From Mageeibacillus sp. UBA6980 (GTDB taxonomy: Bacteria; Bacillota; Clostridia; Saccharofermentanales; Saccharofermentanaceae), in assembly GCA_002450095.1 (NCBI GenBank), contig DJYK01000026.1, forward strand, positions 17,781 through 81,780: DNA of 64,000 nucleotides, given 5' to 3'. Positions 17,401 through 24,617 of this stretch are shown here, piece after piece (position 1 is the first letter of the stretch; each line of letters starts with the position of its first letter). A program made the translations under genes and the position numbers. Under the pieces are notes generated by a model. It did not search any database and was not told the origin of the DNA. It worked only from the letters and a program-made list of their open reading frames with translations.

Positions 17401-18601
17401 GATTCATAATAGTTACAATGAATCTCGTGAAAGTGCATTAAAAGTTTTAAATGGGAATAATAATTATTTAGTTGAAGATGAAGACTATTCGTTTAATTAT
17501 AAAACTCGTCATTTTGACAAGTCACCCCGCCTTAAGTACATAACTAAGCATTTACCAAGTCTTGCAGTAGCAGATGTTTTGAATATTACAAATATTGAAT
17601 ATGCATATGATGTTCCGACGTATTATGAAAGCTTTAAAACTCTATGGTCATTCTATGCTGATAACAATCAAAGGTCTAACTGGAATGCATTTTGTTCTCC
17701 TTTTAATATAGATAGAGACTCTCATGTAAAACAGTTACTAAATATGAAAGTTAAGGAAAAACATAAGGATGAAGGGAATTATGATAGCTGTTCTTTTACC
17801 ATTCCATCAGTATGTCAGGAGGGCGTTTTCAAGATTATGGAGTTTCTCCATAATAATAGAATAATTAAGTGGTCTCATAATTTTACACATCAATCGATAA
17901 ATGATTTAAAGTTGGATTATAAAGTGTTAAGCACCTGCAATGAAAAATTGAAGAATCTCCTAAGTGAACCACAATTCTTAATTAATGATAAAGCTTTATA
18001 TACTCTTAAACAGAGTAGCCATTATTACGTAAAGTATAAGAATTTGCGCGTGAATCTAAACGAATATGAAGAAGTTGCTGATAAGAATTATCCTAGGGAG
18101 ATTATCGAAGAAATACTAAAAGAAGCTAAAATAATTGATTTTATTAATGATGAAGGTTTCACATGTACCAGTTTCGAGGCTTATGATCTTATTTCTGCAG
18201 AAGGTAGGTTGCTTGAAATTCTTGTTTACTATGCATTAAAGACTAGTGGTATGTTTGATGATGTCGCAACAAGTATTAGTGTTAATTGGGATGATTACAG
18301 TCGTAATGAGCTTGATTTAATCGTAACCAAAGGTTTTAGGTGTGCAGTTATAGAATGTAAGGCTAGGAGTATGATTGGTAATAGTGAGTATAGGCAATTA
18401 GTTGGTGAGAATATTGATCATCCGGGCCCTGGCTTTAGGTTATCTGTCCCAACTGAAAGAATTTTGGTCGCTATGTGCAATCCTGATAATGATACAGCCG
18501 ATTCAGAATTAAAGAATAAAGTAAAAACCATATATTGGTTAAGTGATAAACCAAAGGAATTTGCTCAAAGAATTATAGATGCATTAGGCTGGAATGATTG
18601 A
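14486..18601 (+). CDS. Giant Ser/Thr protein kinase fused to a C-terminal Card1/DUF1887-like PD-(D/E)xK nuclease domain
   Basis: Kinase motifs: IILKE (VAIK Lys), HRDICPSNFGF (HRD..N), LFDIDCF (DFG position), GTPGFMAPE (APE). C-terminus: NELDLIVTKGFRCAVIECKAR (D..ExK). The middle has a weak Rossmann-like VTLVGFDRYG and a RyR-like IEHKRWVVDKLCDGW segment. Confidence 0.75.
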   Translation: MERNHRLVNDDEIELSEVSTGATVTFKINDVLSGSDGSSVICYSARRLDTGRSIILKEFYPLVYSFNDDGKSFSLVRNDNNQLIPSSNITEAKEKFLDLRNTKFNTSKKIIETINSSQGENILKTFIPSISLYRGTVDNDGNWNSTFYYVVDQPQLITFESVCEDIKKNPQKDSEYKLLVILKSIQQLTICIKTLHEEGFCHRDICPSNFGFAKRSEDYLTETISLFDIDCFMYFKDKKTNEFVGTPGFMAPEVESKTVQRSVSADLYSIGATLYYALTGEHAQAIEDHNNNQIREEIEQSKLVKASTVNNNPYLLGKICELLYKSLNRDVDNRYKNSDELLKDIRMALFFMLPPDRRDIDVDGLVWELTRTDYTTEQKQYYKFLMLYQLFKVPLYNPDRSDDNNTIDVTLVGFDRYGYDFLDAVLQFSQCIKETVNTRVYVNVDRFESVDLYLGNRPALKDFFRINKFGTPLNPVKEFNDTDTYSYGTVEFINFTGNVDPNHIVRNEDNRNYIFVTLGNDKKNYEYATQLSDVVLNVDKCITYIATMNEAVEDYADCVVPIFVNKFDMNDEKSEFYLIEERSKIRNFLHDRGIYVDIEKKMKDYHKDNEYKHNACVSGVLSLKYMLHRIGVSRDMIHDPEGTSVEFERVHDNNRNELIYIEHKRWVVDKLCDGWSPLPIDEFDVYTSSGENKDTTNKRHSCIVRSSINNNVNILKDQYGDGINVNVDKWDGTEVIPEMDELDRVSLTLHRSFKRAANNPNRINDIKRNLSFIGQEVSCDPEKYKPFSDWQHYILNLLEGKNPVDRYGSLRDAFFSAIEKDDDEVKKKAKTVDDDVKCIVQYNKFLNYKYEDEKIFDNLPFILNYSLETVLVRDLYFGPNKEKLLNNYASIMIANPAAVVYCVNLTATNANVDAICNVIDSINNTFKKHFIRTQMKFLLFYNNNDIIRHKKENLITALNSNNRQFTVIGSVLIHNSYNESRESALKVLNGNNNYLVEDEDYSFNYKTRHFDKSPRLKYITKHLPSLAVADVLNITNIEYAYDVPTYYESFKTLWSFYADNNQRSNWNAFCSPFNIDRDSHVKQLLNMKVKEKHKDEGNYDSCSFTIPSVCQEGVFKIMEFLHNNRIIKWSHNFTHQSINDLKLDYKVLSTCNEKLKNLLSEPQFLINDKALYTLKQSSHYYVKYKNLRVNLNEYEEVADKNYPREIIEEILKEAKIIDFINDEGFTCTSFEAYDLISAEGRLLEILVYYALKTSGMFDDVATSISVNWDDYSRNELDLIVTKGFRCAVIECKARSMIGNSEYRQLVGENIDHPGPGFRLSVPTERILVAMCNPDNDTADSELKNKVKTIYWLSDKPKEFAQRIIDALGWND

Positions 18602-18673
18602 TCATTAGAGTTATAGTACTTCAGATAAGTATTAAATACCGCTGATCTGAACGAACCTGAATAGCTTTCTTGG

Positions 18674-21523
18674 ATGAGAGATAATAACATGACTGAACCG
18701 ACATTCTTACATAAAACTAAAGATGGATCTTCCCTTCAGAATAAGCCTAAGGTCTTCTTTACATGCCATCCTGATGATTTTGAGAAGTGTTTTAAGCAGA
18801 TATGCCAAGATATATTTGAGTTTCAAGATTGTGTTGTTTTCTATACTGAGGATATGACTCAAGATCTTAGTGATAAGAATACTTGTGTTGACTTGGAAAG
18901 AATGAATCTGTTTGTTATACCGGTCACAATAAAAACTTTGATAACACCTAACAGAGCTATGGATTCGGATTTCCATTTTGCGTTGGAAAGACATATCCCT
19001 GTTCTACCTATTATGATTGAACCTGGTATTTATGATGTTTATTCAAGACCGGATAAATTTGGAGACCTACAATATCTAAAGACTTATAGTAAATCAGATA
19101 CGGAAGTGGATTATAAAAACAAACTTAAGAATTATCTTGAATCTGTGTTAATAAGTGATGAATTAGCGAATCGTGTGCGTCAAGCTTTTGACGCGTATAT
19201 ATTTCTGAGCTACAGAAAGAAGGATAGACAGTATGCTAACAGTCTAATTAAGATGATTCATAATAATCCCCAATGTGAGAATATTGCGATATGGTTTGAT
19301 GAGTTCCTAATTCCCGGAGAGAGCTTTAGGGAGGGTATAGATCGAATATTAAATGACAGTAAACTCTTTACTTTGCTGGTAACACCGAATTTGCTTGAGC
19401 GAAATGGCGAAGAACCTAATTTTATAATGAGGGAGGAGTACCCTAAGGCTAAGGAAATGGGAAAACCTATTCTCCCAACTGAGATGCAAGCAACAGATCG
19501 AGATGCATTAGCAGCGGAGTTTCCAGGATTACCTGAATGTGTAGATTATGTAGATCAAGAATCTTTTAATAAGAGGTTGCTTGATGTGCTGACAAGAACG
19601 GCTATTGCAGAAAACCCTAATAACACTCCGGAACACGATTATCTCATTGGATTAGCGTATTTAGAGGGTATTGATATGGAAGTTGATGCTGATCGAGCTG
19701 TTAGACTAATTACAAAAGCTGCAGAAGCAGATTTGCCTGAAGCCATCGAAAAGCTGATTGATATGTATAGGAATGGTATAGGGGTACAAAGAAATTATAA
19801 AAAAGCACAGAAGTGGGTAAAAAGATGGTTATATCATTTGACAAGGTGGATTGAAGAGGCAGATGAGCCTTTGGATAACTGCATTAGACGTTTGCTTGAT
19901 GTTGCATATTTCTTTCTGGATATTGGTGATTATGATGATTATATAGATGGTATGTATGGTGCATATACTTTTGGTGTTAATCGCTTGGGACGCGATAATC
20001 AGTTTACACTTCGTGCAATGTCCGAACTGGCTTTAGGATATTTTTATACAGAAAAATATGAAAAAGCGCTTGAATTATCTATAAAGTGTTATGATGCGAG
20101 TTGCAGGCATCAGGGAAAAGAATCTCATGATAGTATTCGGTATCAAACGATTCTTGCTCGAGTATACCAATCTATGAATGATACTGATCGTAGCATTTCT
20201 TTGTACGAAGAGTGTTTTGAGCTTAGCAGTTCTGTATTAGGTGAGAATGATGAAGTTACTTTAACAATAATGGCGAGTCTAGCTATTGCATATTGTGATA
20301 AAAATGAGTTTGATAAGAGCATAGAATTGTTGAAGGATTGTTATCAGCGTTGTTGTAATACATTTGGAGAGACATCAGATAAGAGTATTGATGTGCTTGC
20401 AAAAATGGCTCGTTCATACTATAGATATGACTTTTATGATAAGGGGATAGGTTTATATCAAAAATGTTATGAATACTATTGTGACAAATATGGAAAGGAT
20501 CATCCTAAGTCAATAGGCACTCTTCAGTACATTGCAGATGGATATTTTGATAACGGTGGTTATCAAAATGCAATCAATTTGTATGATTCAGTTATTAGTT
20601 TTAATCGTGTATTATTTGGAGATGATAGTCCGTTTATCATTTCGCCGCTGCTTGGACTTGCTAAATCATATAAAGAGATTTTGGAATATGAAAAATCGAT
20701 GTCTATATATGAACAATTGTATGTAGTGTATTTTAATAACTCCAAGTATGATGAGTGCGTCAATATACTAATGAATGAATGTTATCCGCTTAGTTGTAAG
20801 GTTTATGGGGATAAGCATGAGAATAGTATTAGTTTATTAGATTGTGGAAGACTTGTTGCTTTGTATTGTGATGCGTGTAAAGAGGAGGACAAAGTTCGCG
20901 GTGAGTATAATAATTACGATTTAATGAAACAAGTGTATACTAATCAGTTCGATTATTATAAAAGGTGTTATCAACTAATAAAAAAGCATAAGAATTATAG
21001 GCCTGAGATTTATAACAAGATTCTCGATGCTATTTCTAGTTTCAATGTTCCAGGCTCATTACGACGAGATCCTTCTGCAATCTATTTATTAGAAGAATGC
21101 TATAAATATAAGTGTGAAGAGTTCGGAAGATTGAATCCCGGCAGTATTGGTTCTTTGGAGGCTCTTTCAAACTTTTATTACTTTAATCACGATTATGAGA
21201 AAGCGATTGAACTTAAATCCCAATGTTATGCTGATTATGTTAGCGTTTTTGGAAAAGCTGATTTTAATACTTTGGATTGTCTAGAGGCTCTTGCTGAAAT
21301 GTATTCTTCTATTGGTGAGAAACAGAAATTGATAGAGTGTTATAATGAATTGTTTTCGATCGTTGATGAATTAGATATAGATACTGATCTTTACAGGTGG
21401 ATAAAGGATCAACTAAAAGATTATCATTATCGTATGAGTTGTATGCGGTATGGTGAAAACCATCCAATTAGTGAAATGATTATGAATAAGATAACCGAAT
21501 TGAATCAGAAGGAAAGTGGTTAA
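18674..21523 (+). CDS. Tandem TIR-like domains fused to Sel1 and TPR repeats
   Basis: KVFFTCHPDD.. (TIR/flavodoxin-like) and YIFLSYRKKDRQYA..WFDEF..LVTPN (TIR). Sel1-like LAYLEGIDMEVDADRAVRLITKAAEADLPEA..YRNGIGVQRNYKKAQKW. Then many TPR_12-like repeats. The start is ambiguous (ATG 18674 or 18689). Confidence 0.75.
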   Translation: MRDNNMTEPTFLHKTKDGSSLQNKPKVFFTCHPDDFEKCFKQICQDIFEFQDCVVFYTEDMTQDLSDKNTCVDLERMNLFVIPVTIKTLITPNRAMDSDFHFALERHIPVLPIMIEPGIYDVYSRPDKFGDLQYLKTYSKSDTEVDYKNKLKNYLESVLISDELANRVRQAFDAYIFLSYRKKDRQYANSLIKMIHNNPQCENIAIWFDEFLIPGESFREGIDRILNDSKLFTLLVTPNLLERNGEEPNFIMREEYPKAKEMGKPILPTEMQATDRDALAAEFPGLPECVDYVDQESFNKRLLDVLTRTAIAENPNNTPEHDYLIGLAYLEGIDMEVDADRAVRLITKAAEADLPEAIEKLIDMYRNGIGVQRNYKKAQKWVKRWLYHLTRWIEEADEPLDNCIRRLLDVAYFFLDIGDYDDYIDGMYGAYTFGVNRLGRDNQFTLRAMSELALGYFYTEKYEKALELSIKCYDASCRHQGKESHDSIRYQTILARVYQSMNDTDRSISLYEECFELSSSVLGENDEVTLTIMASLAIAYCDKNEFDKSIELLKDCYQRCCNTFGETSDKSIDVLAKMARSYYRYDFYDKGIGLYQKCYEYYCDKYGKDHPKSIGTLQYIADGYFDNGGYQNAINLYDSVISFNRVLFGDDSPFIISPLLGLAKSYKEILEYEKSMSIYEQLYVVYFNNSKYDECVNILMNECYPLSCKVYGDKHENSISLLDCGRLVALYCDACKEEDKVRGEYNNYDLMKQVYTNQFDYYKRCYQLIKKHKNYRPEIYNKILDAISSFNVPGSLRRDPSAIYLLEECYKYKCEEFGRLNPGSIGSLEALSNFYYFNHDYEKAIELKSQCYADYVSVFGKADFNTLDCLEALAEMYSSIGEKQKLIECYNELFSIVDELDIDTDLYRWIKDQLKDYHYRMSCMRYGENHPISEMIMNKITELNQKESG

Positions 21524-21710
21524 TCAATACATTTACTTATAGAACTTATGATGACTATGTTGATATTGAAGAAGAATTGTTGGATATCAAAGTTATACAG
21601 TGGGACCATACAGATTATAGATATGAATATACTAGATGCTTATGAGGAGAAAGTAGACAATTATATTAAGGATAACCCTTAAACGATAATAAGTAGTAAG
21701 ATATAGCATT

Positions 21711-21739
21711 GGCGCTCCTCGAGGGCGCCTTTTTGTTTT
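21711..21739 (+). terminator. Intrinsic terminator after the 11-gene operon
   Basis: ggcgctcctcgagggcgcc hairpin followed by tttttgtttt. Confidence 0.7.
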
Positions 21740-21809
21740 ACCCCCCCTCAGGACCTCACTAATCTGGCAAATACAATGTAGATAAAGAAAACACAAACGG
21801 AGGTCCAAT

Positions 21810-21998
21810 ATGAATACAAAGAATATTATCACAGTAGTCATTATTACTCTCTGTGTAGCTGCACTTTTCTTCGCAGGATGCTTAGTTACCTCTCACGAAG
21901 ATAAGCAATATGTATCAGCGCCTAGAGCACAGGTAAGTGCGTATGAACTGCCTACACCGGTGCCCACACCAACTCCTGTTCCAGGATTCGGGGGGTAA
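21810..21998 (+). CDS. Small lipoprotein
   Basis: GGAGG SD. Signal peptide with lipobox LFFAGC. Pro/Thr-rich tail. Confidence 0.6.
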   Translation: MNTKNIITVVIITLCVAALFFAGCLVTSHEDKQYVSAPRAQVSAYELPTPVPTPTPVPGFGG

Positions 21999-22152
21999 TA
22001 TTTATCCCCCCCTCTCAAGCAATGAAAATGGGCGTATAGAATGAAGATAAATCAAATAAGAACAGTTCTTGGTGGTAAGGATATATCCCCCCTTCATGAT
22101 CAAAGAATAATACAAAGTACACTAAAGAAAAAGACTTACGGAGGTAACAATT

Positions 22153-22368
22153 ATGAGCAGAGGTTTCAGTCAGCGAGGCGCAGATGGTATCACACGTCAC
22201 TACAACAGCAATGGAGTAATGACAGGCTTCAGTCAGAAAGGAAGTGATGGATTTATTCGACACTACGATAACAACAGGAATGTAAGAGGATTCAGCCAGA
22301 GTAATGGCTATGGCGGGTACAACCACTACGATAACAAGGGACACAAAAAGAACAGCTCCTGGTGGTAA
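22153..22368 (+). CDS. 71-aa protein made of three ~21-aa YD-like repeats
   Basis: GFSQRGADGITRHYNSNGVMT / GFSQKGSDGFIRHYDNNRNVR / GFSQSNGYGGYNHYDNKGHKK. GGAGG SD. Confidence 0.55.
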   Translation: MSRGFSQRGADGITRHYNSNGVMTGFSQKGSDGFIRHYDNNRNVRGFSQSNGYGGYNHYDNKGHKKNSSWW

Positions 22369-22431
22369 GGAGCACTGACGGTAATAACCACAAAGCTGTT
22401 CTATCGGCTATACGGGAGAAAGGAGTTGTAA

Positions 22432-22818
22432 ATGTTTTTTACGAAGAGAAAAGCAAATACGGTTAAAGTCGGTAATAGTATCATCGAGTGGAATCCCTCC
22501 GGGAACTGTTGGGATGAAACCGTTAACATTAACGGTAAAGCTGTAAGAGTAAAATACATTGTATCTCCCGGTAATACTGATCCGAATTCTCTGGTAACCG
22601 GATTTAAGCGTCTTAATCTTTATAATGCCGCTTACGAGTATACGGTTAACAACTGTCAGCTTACTGAAGAATATGAGACTGAAGAATATGATCTGATGGC
22701 TGTAATAGTATCTTCTCTTTCAATTGAATTCCTGTATCGCAATCGCTTTTTGGGAGCAAGGCATTGTGTGTGTACAGAGTATGACTATAGAAAGTTCCAC
22801 GATTGTTACATCAGGTAA
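22432..22818 (+). CDS. Hypothetical protein (128 aa)
   Basis: AAAGGAG SD. A terminator follows. No motif recognised. Confidence 0.5.
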   Translation: MFFTKRKANTVKVGNSIIEWNPSGNCWDETVNINGKAVRVKYIVSPGNTDPNSLVTGFKRLNLYNAAYEYTVNNCQLTEEYETEEYDLMAVIVSSLSIEFLYRNRFLGARHCVCTEYDYRKFHDCYIR

Positions 22819-22848
22819 CAAATGACACACCCCTATTCTTCTTTGCAG

Positions 22849-22888
22849 AACTGCCCCGTTTTTTTCATTTTATCGGGGCAGTTTTGTT
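22849..22888 (+). terminator. Intrinsic terminator
   Basis: aactgccccg / cggggcagtt stem followed by ttgtt. Confidence 0.6.
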
Positions 22889-22996
22889 ATGGAGTTGATT
22901 AGTGATACAGGTGCTTCAAAGTCTGTAACCGTAAATTTTAGAAGGTAAGTATTAAAGTTGATCTTGAAGGAGATGCAGAATGAATATACATATTGA

Positions 22997-23756
22997 GTTA
23001 ATAATCTTTCTGCTTCGGATGATACGGAAGATGGAAGTGTCAGACCGACCGCTGCCGGACTTCTTATGTTTGGTGAAGAATACAGGATCACACGTGAGTT
23101 CCCGGAATTCTTTCTGGATTACAGGGAGAGGCTTGATCCCAATATACGGTGGACGGATAGGATACAGAGCCAATCCGGAGATTGGTCAGGTAATGTGTAC
23201 GATTTCTTCTCACGAGTATCGGCAAAACTCACATTGGATCTTAAAAGACCTTTTAAGACAGATGGTTTGTTCCGTATTGAAGAGACACCCGTACATGAAT
23301 CTGTCAGAGAAGCCCTAGTCAATTGCATTGTAAACACGGACTATTTTCAGTCTTGGAGCATCGTTATCGAAAAGTATATTGATAGGATAGTATTTGCTAA
23401 TCCCGGATCCATTCGTATTGGCAAATCGCAGATGCTCAAGGGAGGAATATCTCAGCCGCGTAATCGGTGTTGATCATGTCCTTTCTGTTGAAGGGCATGA
23501 AAAAGGGCATGAAAAAGGGCATGAAAATAATGTTGCCACTAAGACCGATGAACTCAATTTAAGGAGAATGGCAATATATAAGATGATTGTAGCAACAGCT
23601 GATATATCTATACCTCAGATAGCTCAACGATTAGAAATCACTGATAAGCAAGCTAGGAGTGATATAGATTATCTAAAGAAGAATGGTTATATAATTCACA
23701 AAGGTCCTGCGAAAGGTGGCAAATGGATTGACATTAAAGATAATAACTCTGATTGA
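22997..23756 (+). pseudogene. 5'-truncated, frameshifted AlbA_2/HATPase_c_4-type putative regulator
   Basis: ..RPTAAGLLMFGEEYRI.., ..PVHESVREALVNCIVNTDY.., ..FANPGSIRIG..GGISQPRN, then a frame change. The C-terminal wHTH-like IPQIAQRLEITDKQARSDIDYLKKNGYI is in another frame. The N-terminal domain is absent. Confidence 0.6.
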
Positions 23757-23899
23757 CGATATAGATTTGAGCAAATAATTGCAAAAGACACAGGATATTA
23801 GAACGCAAATGGAATCAATAGATATCAAGGCTCTTATACAAAACAAGTTAGGATTAGTTTTAACTTGGGGAACTCGAATAACGGACAAGAAATCTACAG

Positions 23900-23932
23900 T
23901 GCCCGAAAACATTGCGTTTCGGGCATTTTTAT
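23900..23932. terminator. Intrinsic terminator between convergent genes
   Basis: gcccgaaa / tttcgggc stem followed by attttt. Confidence 0.6.
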
Positions 23933-24014
23933 ATCTTGAATGAGTTCAAACCCAAAGAGATTTAGCAGTTGCCAGAAAGGTATATGATTCGGACGTCAGT
24001 GACAAGTATATAGA

Positions 24015-24545
24015 TCAGGAGGCGGAGGATTCTAATTCGCGGAACTCTTCGTAGTATCTGTCATTGGTCCCGAATCTTACTGCTTCGGCGTATCCTTCTT
24101 CGAGGAGGATACGCTCGAGCATTACGACTTCGCCGCCCTGATCGATGTAGACGTATGCGAGCGTTCTGTCGTACTGGTCGTAGATCTCGTTATCGTATTC
24201 GAGCCATACTTCGTAGTTTGCTTCATCCATGAGTTCCTTGACGAAGTCGGAGGCGATGACGCCTTCCTCGGTATTGCGTTCTTCTTCCTGTGCGACAGAT
24301 TCGGGAGTGTTTATTCCGATAAGCCTTACGCGCGTCCTGACGCCGTCGATATATACGATGAGCGTATCACCGTCGACGACCCTCTCGACCTCATACGGTC
24401 CGTTAAGCTCGATATCGGAAGGTGTCTCAATCTCGGTCTGCTCGGTCATCTCATATAAGAAGTCTTCACATCCGGTGAACAGAGAGCCTATTAAAACTGC
24501 ACTAATAATCACGATTCCGGTTTGTAAAATTCTGTGTTTACTCAT
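24015..24545 (-). CDS. Thermonuclease (SNase-like) lipoprotein
   Basis: DGDTLIVYIDGVRTRVRLIGINTPES motif. Signal peptide with LFTGC lipobox. Confidence 0.8.
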   Translation of the reverse strand: MSKHRILQTGIVIISAVLIGSLFTGCEDFLYEMTEQTEIETPSDIELNGPYEVERVVDGDTLIVYIDGVRTRVRLIGINTPESVAQEEERNTEEGVIASDFVKELMDEANYEVWLEYDNEIYDQYDRTLAYVYIDQGGEVVMLERILLEEGYAEAVRFGTNDRYYEEFRELESSAS

Positions 24546-24617
24546 GCGGATATTATATTATAATTTGTTCGTTGCGGTCATACCGCATTTACAATTTCAT
24601 ATTTGGAGGACTTTGTC

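Noticed and set aside
12074-18601. Calling the unknown/PP2C/kinase trio a TerY-P triad
   Set aside because: The protein upstream of the PP2C shows no vWA/MIDAS DxSxS motif by eye. The kinase is also far larger than TerY-P kinases and carries a nuclease. I kept this as a comparison only.
21548-21682. 44-codon ORF after the TIR-TPR gene
   Set aside because: There is no SD and no recognisable sequence features, and it lies between the stop and the operon terminator. It is probably non-coding or a gene fragment.
23493-23528. Three tandem copies of gggcatgaaaaa as a regulatory repeat
   Set aside because: The repeat lies inside the frameshifted AlbA_2-type pseudogene, encoding HEKG repeats in one frame. 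It is most simply a slippage expansion in decaying sequence.
24546-24617. Cobalamin or other riboswitch upstream of the BtuF/FecCD-type importer
   Set aside because: Only about 70 nt separate the divergent thermonuclease start and the importer SD. That is too short for a B12 riboswitch, and no B12-box-like sequence was seen.
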